64,000 bases of DNA from the NCBI RefSeq assembly GCF_006345805.1, contig NW_021836138.1, forward strand, positions 62,001 to 126,000. The letters are read 5' to 3'. This document shows, in pieces, positions 51,839-64,000 of the stretch. A model generated the notes under the pieces. It was not told where the DNA came from. It searched no databases and worked only from the letters and a program-made list of their open reading frames with translations. This stretch comes from Octopus sinensis. Taxonomy: Eukaryota. The stretch's first letter is position 1; every line of letters begins with the position of its first letter. The position numbers and the translations under genes are program-made.

Positions 51839-54181
51839 GCATGATCGCAGCTTTCAAGCTGAAACTATTAAAAGAGTTGTATATATATATTTGCACATGT
51901 GAGAGTGTCTGCATATCTATGTGTGTTGTGTATGACACCCAGACATAATCTCTAATACTTGATTATATGTATATAGTTTATCGTTTCATTTGACCTAAAC
52001 TTTAATATTCAGTAACTATGACAATAAAACTTCCAAACATATATTTTCGTCATGACTCTATCATTAATAACTAAGCATAGCTAAAATGATTATAATGTAA
52101 TTTTCAAGTGCTGTCCATATAACCATTCCAAATATAATAGCCAGAATAATGTCCTCATTATACACACCTCAAATTCTCATAACTACCGATAAGATAATCA
52201 GACTAATCATCTAATATAAGACAGAAGCTAAATTTTCAAAAACCTTATAAAAATTCATAAATGACATACGTCCTGCCTATAAATCAAAATTCATCAGTTT
52301 TAAAGCAACAATTTTCTGAGAACAATAGATTATTCTGCTTACCTAAATATCTCATTGTAGAGGTTAAATATTTAAAAAATAACACGCTATCGCTAATATA
52401 AAATACAAATTATGCTTACAGAGCTAAAGACTAGATGCAATGCCTATAATTATACCCCATTATAACATATAAACAAATAGCTGCACGTATAGCAGTCTAT
52501 TTAACAAGTTTGCTTTACAGCCATGTCATTCTGGTTTCAATCCCTCTGTGCAGCATCTTGGGTGAGTGTCTTCTACTATAGAATACAGTTGATCAATTTC
52601 TGAAAGCAAGGAATTTACAGAAGTTCCTTCTGTACACACACAGACATATATACTCCGCTCTGTCTTTCTGTCTCTCCTGCACTCTGTTGAGTTATTTTTA
52701 GATGTTGGCTCTTTGGTTACTGTCTCTACTGTGGCTACTACGTCATTCTTTTCATCTTTTTTGTTTCTTGTGCCTTTCTCAGTTTTCTGTAACCACTCCC
52801 TACCCAGATGCTAATACTGCACCACCAGTCAGATGTCTTTTCACAATTCTGTTGTCTTATCTTATGTCCTCTAGTTTTTGATAATCGTCGAATGACTCAA
52901 ATTTATTTTCCTCGGATTTACAACACACCACGTACAATCGTTTTCCTTATACACCTAAAGGTTCCATATATCTCTGCTATTTTGGGAGGATTTTTCTTGT
53001 TAACCTTTTGCAGTTGTTTTTGGTGTCATTTATGCCATTTTTGTTTCTTTCCATTGTATCTTTAGCAACTTTTAAAGAAGCTTATGGCACCACCTGATCA
53101 AGTAGGTCTGTTAGATAGTGTCAACACTGTACTGACATCCAGTTGATGGCTGACGAAGGGTGTGCTTTGTTTGTGTTCGTTTATTTTTCCTTATTTCATT
53201 TTTACGTTTCCCTGTACATTTTTTGTGCTATCATTCTTTTTCATAGCTGTATATGTGTGCGTGCTTGTGTGCATGTGTGTGTGTGTATGCATATATGTGT
53301 CTGTAGGGAAAATTGCTTATTATTACCCCATATAAGGTTATCAAATGTTTACTGATATTAAAAAAGCATCATCCCTAAATGATAACTGCAAACAATTTCT
53401 ACTGTATGCATGTGACTGCGTACGATTATGTGTGTGTTTGTTTATATATATATATATATGTCTGTTTTTCTGTTTGTCTGGGTGTTGAGTTACATATCTT
53501 TAAGTTACTGAATCAATAAACAGAATTTGATAGAACAAGAACCAAAGTAAGATACGTACTGAGAGCAATATGACAGACTAAAGCGCCTTGTAGGTGTTCC
53601 TTTAATCCTGTGATTGCAACCAGTAAAAGAATATAAGAGTTGCATAAACATATAAATAGATAGACCAATAAAAAAAATAGCACGTAAATATCTTTCTAAA
53701 TTCTATCCATTCTCAACATATTCGCAGTTCATGAGCTACCTGTGTATTTTGATTTGAAGTCTATCATGAAATATCTTCCTAATTATAAAACAGTAAGTGT
53801 TGTTGTTGTATCACATAGACTTAGAATATTTGAAGTTATCATATTACCACTGAGAATTTAAATTAAAGTCTATTATTTTTTTCTCTTTATTCATTGTTAT
53901 TCAATCCATTGTTCTGTGTTGGCATATATTCTTTTGGAATTGTAAATATGCATCAAAATGAACAGCAGGGTACAAATCTTGTCGACGCAGCAACCGTTAC
54001 TACATTACTTAGCATTTAGCATTTAAGAAGAACATGGACTAGAAACTGCATACGTTTATTTAAAACCCAGCCCAATTAACTGCGTGTCTGTTAAACTTGT
54101 CATTGAAAGAGGTGGCATACTATAGGTAACTCTCTCAGCTTGCACCAACTAGTAGTACTCAAGCATTCATCTACAGAACAG

Positions 54182-54215
<34 letters not shown>

Positions 54216-55613
54216 GTTTACCCATCCATCCATTCACCTATGTATGTATCTATACAAACATATATATATGTATGTATGTATGTATTAATGAGTGAGAGAG
54301 AGATGAGGGTAGAGGGGAAGAGAGAGAGGAAGAGAGTAAATTTTGTTTATGTTTTCTTTTATATGATCTCCCTGTAGTTTAACTCATTGACAACAAAATG
54401 ATTTTATTTAATATGGCATATCTTTAAGCTTGATTCTCTTATAAGCACTGAAATTTAAAAAAAATCTTTTATATTTCTTCTTTGTTATCATTTAGTAGAG
54501 TAATTACCTTCCTGTGTTCCAAAATTAGGTTTCAGTACAATATAATACTACCTTTGCTTTGCACTTTAACTTCTGTTCCAACACTTGAACACGTTGTTAT
54601 GTAATACAATACTGGAGCAAAACATTCATCTTACTATTAATCATTCAAATAGGAAACAAATTTCATAATTATTCATAAGCTGATTGAATAGTTTAGAAAA
54701 TATCATTTCTCACTGCATGCCATCATTCAATTTTTAATTATTTCTATTAATTCAGAGCACCCTCCTTTGTTTCAGCAAAAATTAATGTTTAGGATTTTGT
54801 TTGATATAGGTATGATTTTAGCTGATAATACTTTTGCTAACAACTTTAAGTCTATTCCCCTCTCTGACTTCTAAGTCTATGCTTTTCATGGAGAAGGTAT
54901 TCTCAGTAAACTTTCCTATGCTATTATTGTCCCATTGTTATTGCCTCCTTTGCTTGGTGGATTAACCTTCATCAGGCCTGGTTACACAGAAATGATGAAG
55001 GTTACTGTAATAAGAAACTGCTAGATAAAATAATTACAGAAGCATAACAAATTTAAACATGATACATTACAAGAATATATTTACATATACTCTATGGAGT
55101 TGTACACTGGAATGCTGAAATATTAAGTTATCAAAAGAAAGGTTTCAATGTAGTACATTACAAGTCAATTTTACATTCATTAATTACTTAACCTAGTTTG
55201 TACTTCTGAGAGCTTCTCTTTCTAATTCTCAGTAAGATAGGCTATGGATTGTAAACTATGATGTCCGGTTAATGGGGATAATATTATGTTGTAAAATTTG
55301 AAGCTGTATAATATAATCCAGGATTCCAGATTCCAGACATACTTAACTAGATTGGTACCGTTTCTGCAGGACAAAATGGCCATTTGCTTGTCTCATTACA
55401 TAGCTCTTGACTACAAAAGATCTAAAGAAATTGATCATCAAAAGAAAATTTCTTCAAATATGGGTGACGGCTTACTGTGAAAATGTATTCAACGTTTTCT
55501 GGGGTATTTGAGGTTTCTTCAAAATATTTCAACAGTCATAGCACACACATACGTGACACATACATACACACACAATTAGAATCTCTCAGTCTCTTTTTCT
55601 TTTGTTCTCTCTC

Positions 55614-55616
<3 letters not shown>

Positions 55617-55689
<73 letters not shown>

Positions 55690-55732
55690 AACACACACAC
55701 AAACACACACACACACACACCACACACACACG
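55617..55732. repeat. (CA)n microsatellite
   Basis: Directly visible. Confidence 0.95.
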
Positions 55733-56815
55733 CACATTATCAATGTATTCTTAATCACATACAATATCCGTTTCTCAGATACATATGTAAAGCATTTACA
55801 CAATGTTTTACAGTCACACACATTTTCACACGTACAAACATACACAGTCATTTATATTCATACACACACATACACAATCACATAATACTAGAAATCATAT
55901 ATATATATATATGTATATATATCCACATAAAATATACATATATATATATAGATATATATATATATATATTCCACATAAAATGTACATAGCTTATTAAGTT
56001 TTCAACTTATCTGATAACTTTGTTTCAGATTTAAGCTTGCCATTTTGAAGGAATGTGCCAGAATAATCTCATTGTGAGCTGATACTTTGCCTAATATAAT
56101 GAAACATTAGGCTCCAGTGTTCCTGGTTGTTCTACAAATTTCTAATATTGGTTTATCTCTTTCAATGAACTTTCATTCAATTGGATACATTGTCAGCTTT
56201 GAAATCTTACTCAAGTAAGCTTTGACAATAAGTACAACCTGATTAACCTATTCTTAAAATTCCTTTAATGCTTCCCAAAAAACAAATTTACAAATCTTAT
56301 TTCAGATCTTATATAAAAAAAAAGAGAAAGAGAGAGAAAGGGAGAAAGTGAAATGAAGAGCAAATTTTTTTCAAAACTTATATGTCTTCTAAGAGCCATG
56401 CAATCAGTAAGACACATTCTACAACACTGTACACATGTTAACACTTTATAATGCATAAATACCCAGAAACAAAAGGATAATGATTTGGTGAAGTGGTTCC
56501 TTATACTTTTTAACCTCTTAATTTTAAAACTGTTGTCAATTCAATAGACTGAATAGCATTCATATCAATTTTACTAAGCCCTGTTTTATATTCATATATC
56601 TCTTATAAAGAGCATTTCATAATCAATGATATAATTGACAACAGGTCGCATTTATGATAGTGTAAATGTTATGGGATTGTAAATATCACAAATGTCATGA
56701 ATATTTTTTGAAAGTATCAGATTTCCTGATAATATTTGCATCATCCACTGATACATATATATATGTATAATGCCTGATAGTCTGGTCAATCATGTGATCA
56801 CATGACCATGTGATA

Positions 56816-56816
56816 T

Positions 56817-56848
<32 letters not shown>

Positions 56849-57160
56849 TTAACGTCCGCTTTCCATGCTGGCATGGGTTGGACGGTTCAACTGGGGTCTG
56901 GGAAGCCAGAAGGCTGCACTGGGCCCAGTCTGATCTGGCAGTGTTTCTACAGCTGGATGCCCTTCCTAATGCCAACCACTCCGTGAGTGTAGTGGGTGCT
57001 TTTTACGTGCCACCGGCACAGGTGCTAGACGAGGCTGGAAAACGGCCACGATCGGATGGTGCTTTTTACGTGCCACCGGCACGGGGACCAGTGGCACGTA
57101 AAAAGTACCATTCGATTGTGGCCATTTGCCAGCCTCGTCTGGCACATGTGCCAGTGGCAT
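56816..57160 (-). mobile_element. family C retroposon with terminal inverted unit
   Basis: Matches 7009-7385; 57088-57160 is an inverted copy of 57008-57079. Confidence 0.9.
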
Positions 57161-57393
57161 GAGGGTTTTAGTTCACTGGTGGTCTAAATGAATAGGTCTA
57201 CTGAGTGAGTGCTCTAATTAGTTTGTCTCTGCAAACAAACTTTTGTGTCCTTTTACCGCGAAGGGCTTTGATCCAACGTTGCTGATGTTTTTCTCTCCAT
57301 TAAAGTGTTAAACTAACTCTAGATTAATCATAGTTCTTTCTGTTTTAGCCATTTTAATGTTCGTCTTCTCATCCTTTCAATTTTGCATATGTT

Positions 57394-57433
<40 letters not shown>

Positions 57434-57518
57434 CATATATACATATATAAACATACACACACATACATACATACATACATACATACATACATACATACAT
57501 ACATACATACATTGATAC

Positions 57519-57834
57519 ATACTCTTTACTCTTTTACTCTTTTACTTGTTTCAGTCATTTGACTGTGGCTATGCTGGAGTACCACCTTTAGTCGAGCAAA
57601 TCGACCCGAGGACTTACTATTTGTAAGCCTAGTACTTATTCTATCGGTCTCTAGGAGTGGCTATAGGTGTAGGAGTGGCTGTGTGGTAAGTAGCTTGCTT
57701 ACCAACCACATAGTTCCGGGTTCAGTCCCACTGCGTGGCCCCTTGGGCAAGTGTCTTCTACTATAGCCTTGGGCTGACCAAAGCCTCGTGAGTGGATTTG
57801 GTAGATGGAAACTGAAAGAAACCCATCATATATA

Positions 57835-57865
<31 letters not shown>

Positions 57866-58086
57866 TTGTGTGTCTGTGTTTGTCCACCCAACATCACTTG
57901 ACAACTGATCCTGGTGTTTCTACATCCCCGTAACTTAGCGGTTTGGCAAAAGAGACTCATAGAATAAGTACTAGGCTTACAAAGAATAAGTCCTGGGGTC
58001 GATTTGCTCGACTAAAGGCAGTGCTCCAGCATGGTCACAGTCAAATGACTGAAACAAGTAAAAGAGTAAAAGAGAAAGAAAGAGAG
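57519..58086. mobile_element. family A SINE (+, 57664-58086) preceded by an inverted family A 3' end (-, 57519-57652)
   Basis: CTCTTTTACTTGTTTCAGTCATTTGACTG... pairs with ...CAGTCAAATGACTGAAACAAGTAAAAGAG. Confidence 0.88.
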
Positions 58087-58584
58087 TATATCAATGTGTG
58101 AATGCATGTATTTATGTTTGTATGCTAATTTGAACAAGCAGTTGTATACAAGAAATAAATTAAGTTGAAAATGCAGATAATAGATATACATACATAGATG
58201 CACACACTTAACAGCTTCACATTTTCTGATTTCAAAAGTGTATGCTATGTGGAGCTGTGTCACAAATTGTAACTTTTCCGGCTTTCGTTCTAAAAGTTGT
58301 TTGTTTCTATAGAAGGAATGTGACTCAGATTGCTGTCAGTTGGCTGATAATTGTCTGACAGCCCCACATAATGTAGACTTTTGAAAATCAACAATTGTGA
58401 AAACCGGTCAAGTGTATCTATGTAAGTGTGTGTTTGTCTGTGTGTGTGTGTCTGTCTCTCTGTGTGCATGTTTATATGAATATCTACCTATCTATCTATG
58501 AGTATATATATATGTGACCTTGTGTGTACCGTTGGCAATTTTTTTTCCTCTGTCTTCCCTTCTCTGGATCTTTCCTTCTCCTAA

Positions 58585-58620
58585 GTTTCCGACAAAGAGC
58601 TCCGCTCGAAACATTAAAAC
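58585..58620 (+). ncRNA. degenerate minimal hammerhead-ribozyme motif (Penelope-like-element type)
   Basis: GTTT-CCGACAA-A-GAGC-TCC-GCTC-GAAAC-ATT-AAAAC: intact stem II and GAAA; the CUGANGA core has two substitutions. Confidence 0.5.
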
Positions 58621-59529
58621 CCTCCTTCTTTCCTGAGCGTCCAATAATACTATATTTGTTCCATGTCCTCGCGTTGTGTTTTTTTGTGCTTTCTTGTTTG
58701 GATTAACTTTACATATATATGTGTGTGTGTGTATGTATGTATTCATATCACTTATATGAGATGGTTTTTAGATAAGCACTGTCAATTTTTACAATTTTGT
58801 AAATAATGATAATAGTAATTAATAAACTTAATTACGTTGCATCTTGTACTCTGACTTTGTCACTAGGCACCTTTTATCAGCTTTATAATCCATATAAGGT
58901 AAATAGTAATCACCAAAGAACTACATAAATTCATTTCCAGAGAAAAGGAGTTGACTTTCTTACAACCACTCTCCATTCTGCTTCACCGAAGTTATTTGCA
59001 AAAGAGGCCCACGAGTGGCTACTTCATGAATTCCTATTGGCATTCACTTTTAACTTATGAAATGTAGAAATATTTTTCCTGAATCTACTTGGTGAATTCA
59101 TTACAGCATAGGATTTTCAGTAGGTAAAAAATAGCTGATGAGAAAGAACACTGCAGAGTTACGAAGTATCTTAAAAGTTTCATGATATGCTTTCGGTGCT
59201 GTTTATTCCATTCCTCTCATTCACGGACATAATTATTGCAACATACTGGAGTTGTAGTAGTCATCTTATCAGAATTTCTCCCTTATTTTGATATGGGCCC
59301 ACATGTATTGGATACAATGATTGATAAAATTCTAATGATCGATTATCATCTCCTCTTATGTTATCTGTACAAGCCTTGTCTATGCTAGAGGTTAAGAAAC
59401 TGTTTTTATCATTACCATTTTTATTTCACTGCTTTATTATATATATATATATATATATACATGCATAAATATAAAAGCGGGAGTGAGAGGGAAACAGAGA
59501 CAGAGCTATAGAGACAGACAGCTATGTAT

Positions 59530-60091
<562 letters not shown>

Positions 60092-61835
60092 AATTTGAGG
60101 AAACTGTTGGTGGTCTACATCATCAAAATTTGTATTTATTAGATATGTAATTTGGAGTGGAAAATTCCAACATTTTAGTCATAAGTCCTTCATTGGGGTA
60201 CAGGATAGATTAAATAGAAAAGAAATGGTTGCAGGACGTTTCAGAGGGTTGTGGGGTTATTGAGGAGGATGTAATCAGAGAAAAAGAGATAAGAGATGTC
60301 AGAGAAAGTAAGAATATCTGCTTGGTTGAAGTAGGGAGACAGAACAGAAAATTCTTGTTGTAATGATGTGGTGGTGGTGGTGGAGGTTAAAGCAGGAAAG
60401 AATGGTTGTAAGAAGGAAGAGAGAAAGGAATGGCGGTAAGAAGAAAGAGAGAAAGGAATGGTTGAATAAAAGAACAAAGTAAACAGGAAAACTTACAGAA
60501 AGATTAACAGCAAATTGAAGTAGTCCCAACTTAGATCATAAATCATATTTAGTCAAAGCTCGGCTGGGTTAACCTGGGGCTAAAAAACAACAACATTCGT
60601 GAAGAACCAGCTACGAGTTTCTAAATTAAATTTAAAAACATTTAATCAAATTCTTGCTAAGGATATCTTATCATGCCAACAACCAAATCATAATGCTAGC
60701 AGAATAACTATTTTAACAATAAAATTTCAATTACAAGGACTATTTTCTTCTTTTACGTTATTTTTTCCTTCTTAAATCTTTCATAAATTTTGTTTCTTAC
60801 ATTTATTTTTGTTTATATTTTATTTATTTTTTCTGTTGAGACTTCTTTTTGTCAATTATTTATTCTCTTTCTTTTTTTTTTCTTTCTTTCATCTTGTTTT
60901 TTTTTTTTTTTTTTTTTATTATAATCTTTCCCTTTATTGTTCTTATCTTTATACAATAAATATCATATTGGTGATAATTTGTCATCTGCATAATCCACTT
61001 GTCGTCTACAAGTGTATTAACTTGAAGTCTGTTTTCAAAATGTATCTACTATGAAATTAGTATCTAAAAGCAAAAAAAAAAAAAAAAAAAAAGAAAAATG
61101 AAAAAAAAAAGCACAGAAACAAAACTAGAAAATGAAATAAAAGGAAACGGAAGTATAGTGACAAAAATGGAAGGCGATTAATTCAAATGTAATTATATTG
61201 GCTTGAATAGAATTTCTATTGGAAAATATTTTAAAAGATAAAGCAAACAACAACAAATATAATATCAATCAAATCAAAGAATGTTTAATTTTTTTTCCTT
61301 CTCTAACAGATGTCAATGACATTGATGATGATTATGATGATGATGATGATGATAATGATAATGATGATGATGACAGTGATCATGACAAAGATGATGATGA
61401 TGGTGTTATTGGTGGTAACGGCATTGGTGATGGCATTGGTGATGGTGTAGATTAAACTGATAATATTGATGGTGAAAATATGTGAACGAAGATGAAAGTA
61501 TTAAAGAAAATGATAATGATAATGATGATGATGATCATCATCATCATCATCGTGAATATGATGATGGAAGAGGAGGATGACAATGTAAAAGTTGTATGGC
61601 AACAGCTGAGAAGATTATTATAGGGTGGCAAAGAGACAAAATGTTTAATAATATGACAAAATAATATGCCATAAACATTCGGATTATGATATTGTATCAA
61701 TTATTTAACAACGCACTTTATCTCATTGCGTATAAACACTTTCATATATAAGTAAATCAGTTGCTTGAAAGACGATGCAAAGAGAACCTCTTCCTTTTAA
61801 ATTGTGAATTCATTTATTATTAGTCTATATTACTC

Positions 61836-62240
61836 CATGAGCATGATCGTTGCCAGAGCAACAAGCTGGCCTCCATGCCGGTGGCACGTAAAAAACACCA
61901 TTCGAGTATGATCGTTACCATACTGGCACTTGTGCTGGTGGCACGTGAAAAAAAATTTGAGCAAGGTTGTTGCCAGTGTTATTGGAATGGCTCCTGTGCA
62001 GGTGGCACATAAAAAGCAGTATTTGAGCATGGCCATTGCCAGCACCATCTGACTGGCCCTCATGCCGGTGGCACATAAAAGCACTCACTACACTCTTGGA
62101 GTGGTTGGTGTTAGGAAGGGCATCCAGCTGGAGAAACTCTGCCAGATCTGATTGAAGCCTGGTGCAGCCATCTGGTTCACCGGACCTCAGTTAAATCGTC
62201 CAACCCATGCTAGAATGGAAAGCAGACGTTAAACGATGAT
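61836..62240 (+). mobile_element. family C retroposon with four internal units
   Basis: Four (G/A)TGC.GGTGGCAC(G/A)T.AAAA units, then AGGAAGGGCATCCAGC and GACGTTAAACGATGAT. Confidence 0.88.
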
Positions 62241-62251
62241 CCTGAAGGAGC

Positions 62252-62470
62252 ATAGGGCTGGTTTCTCAGTTATCCTGGTGTATATATTTCTCCCTTGATG
62301 GGATGCCAGTCCAGCACAAGATCACAAATTTTTATCAGCTGAGTGGACTGGAGCAACATGAAAAGAAATGTTTTTACTCAAGAGCACGACACATCACTCA
62401 GTTCAGGAATCGAAACCATGATTTAATGATTATGAATCCAGCACCCTAACAACTATGCCATGAACCTCCA
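62252..62470 (-). mobile_element. SINE family D, diverged
   Basis: CAGCTGAGTGGACTGGAGCAAC...CAGGAATCGAAACC...CACCCTAAC. Confidence 0.8.
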
Positions 62471-62516
62471 CCAATTAGCTTATGGAGTAATATTTTAAAG
62501 AAAACAGATCTTTATA

Positions 62517-63082
62517 TTGGGTTGTCCAGAAAGTTCGTGCCAATTTATAGTAGCTTACATTTTGACTTATTTTAGAACATGGTTGAGTCCATAAAATAGG
62601 ATTTGACTACACCTCCATTTAGAGCACAGTTTAAGCTATCTTTTCGTAGAAGAAGGTTTATGTTTCTATAACCTGTGTTAATTCTGTAATCCTTTAAAAT
62701 GGAAGATAATAAAGTTCATTTTCGGCACTTGATTCTTTGGGAACCAGACAAAAATTGCTGCAGCTTGGCTGGGATGTGTTACCCCACCCTCCATATTCAC
62801 CAGATATTGCTCCTTCGGATTTTCCACTAATTCAGGTCTCTGCAGAATAGTCTTAATGGTAAAATTTCAATTCCTTGGATGACATATAAAGATACCTTGA
62901 TGAATTCTTTGCCATGAAACCACCTGAATTCTGGGAAGAGGGTATTTTCAAGTTAAAGGAAAGATGGAGACACATTGTGCTACAAAATGGTTCATATTTG
63001 ATTGATTTAAAATGTAATGGCAAGTATTTACTGGCCTTTTTCTTTCCTTTAAAAATTGGCACGAACTTTCTGGACAACAGAA
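62517..63082 (+). mobile_element. internally deleted mariner element with both TIRs
   Basis: TTGGGTTGTCCAGAAAGTTCGTGCCAATTT and AAATTGGCACGAACTTTCTGGACAACAGAA, TA flanks; internal LGWDVLPHPPYSPDIAPSD. Confidence 0.92.
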
Positions 63083-63493
63083 TAAAATAGATGAGCAATT
63101 GCAATGAAGATCAAAATAAGGATCTTGTTTTAAAATATATGCACAGAAGCTTCTGGTATTCAGTGGCCTTTCGTATCACTAGCTTTGGTAGATAAGCTAC
63201 TGGAAAACAAAAGCTCTCTGGAAGTTACATTTATAAACGTTCACACATAATTTTGAAGAAAAATTTTAGAATTACATTAATTTTTGAGAATTTTCTCTTT
63301 CAATTTTGAATTTGCCCACTATATATTGTGCATATCTCTATTCATCATCATCGTTTAACGTCCGCTTTCCATGCTAGCATGGGTTAAGATTTGAAATTAT
63401 TGCAATGATTTAACCCCCCAAATAGCCTTACATGCATTTTTGTTTTCAGAATACTATTCAAATATACATTGAATGTAATTATCACAGCCTCAA

Positions 63494-63675
63494 TCTCTCT
63501 CTCTCTCTCTCTTTCTCTCTTTCTCTCTCACTATTTATCTACCTAGCTACCTACCTACCTATTTATCTATCTATCTCTCTATCTCTCTATCTCTCTATCT
63601 ACCTATCTATCTACCTGTCTGTCTGTCTGTCTGTCATCTACCTATCTATCTACCTGTCTGTCTGTCTGTCTTTTT
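63494..63675. repeat. (CT)n/(CTAT)n/(CTGT)n microsatellite
   Basis: Directly visible. Confidence 0.9.
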
Positions 63676-64000
63676 CTATGTATGTTAATTTATCTATTTC
63701 TATACAAAAATACATATTCATACTATTAGAGTTATTGCTTCAATCTATACACATTAAATTTATAAACATTAAACTACCTCACAAATTGAAATTCTCTGAC
63801 CATGTTCTCTTTCTCATAAAACAACATCCCATCTTATTCTTCATTTCTTTTGCAAGAATTCAAATATCAAACCCAACACACTCAGTAACAAACTAAAAGA
63901 GTAAGCCCTACAGTGTGAACAACAAATGATAATTTTCATACTTTTATCTATTTTTTGCCTGTATTTCTTTATTAGAGTTGAATATTGCTGATGCTAAATT

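Noticed and set aside
56029-56214. Exon candidate (TTTCAG acceptor, GTAAGC donor)
   Set aside because: Stops in all three frames; no other support.
58321-58362. AP-1 site plus inverted TGACAG pair or short hairpin
   Set aside because: Motifs are too short to support an enhancer or miRNA call without conservation data.
61836-62090. CRISPR-like repeat-spacer array
   Set aside because: Variable segments are only about 2-11 nt, the units lie inside a retroposon, the DNA is eukaryotic and no cas genes are present.

Overview
AT-rich, repeat-dominated eukaryotic DNA with no host protein-coding exon I can identify. The SINE families, dense TA/GATA/TATG/CAT microsatellites and transposon complement resemble a cephalopod (Octopus-like) intron or intergenic region; this is from recall, not a search. 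The ORF track is mostly microsatellite or SINE translation. Real coding remnants are all transposon-derived: three CR1/L2-type LINE 3' ends, an R4/Dong-like restriction-endonuclease LINE 3' end inside (TAA)n (26.1-26.9 kb), a maT/Tc1-like transposase pseudogene (31.4-32.4 kb), a near-full-length hAT-group (hATm-like) transposase pseudogene (49.1-50.8 kb, minus), two mariner remnants and a Tc2/pogo-type MITE. About 40 copies of four SINE-like families (my labels A-D) are present. Best leads: a degenerate Penelope-type hammerhead motif (58.6 kb); a recurring structured element whose stems persist while loops change (3.3, 19.9, 46.4 kb); double-hairpin unit arrays with variable loops in family C; module and tail swapping among SINEs; several inverted repeats able to form dsRNA; and a perfect 44-bp direct repeat beside a strong TACTAAC splice acceptor where CpG content rises (42.8-43.6 kb). 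None is proven novel. Boundaries of degenerate copies are approximate.
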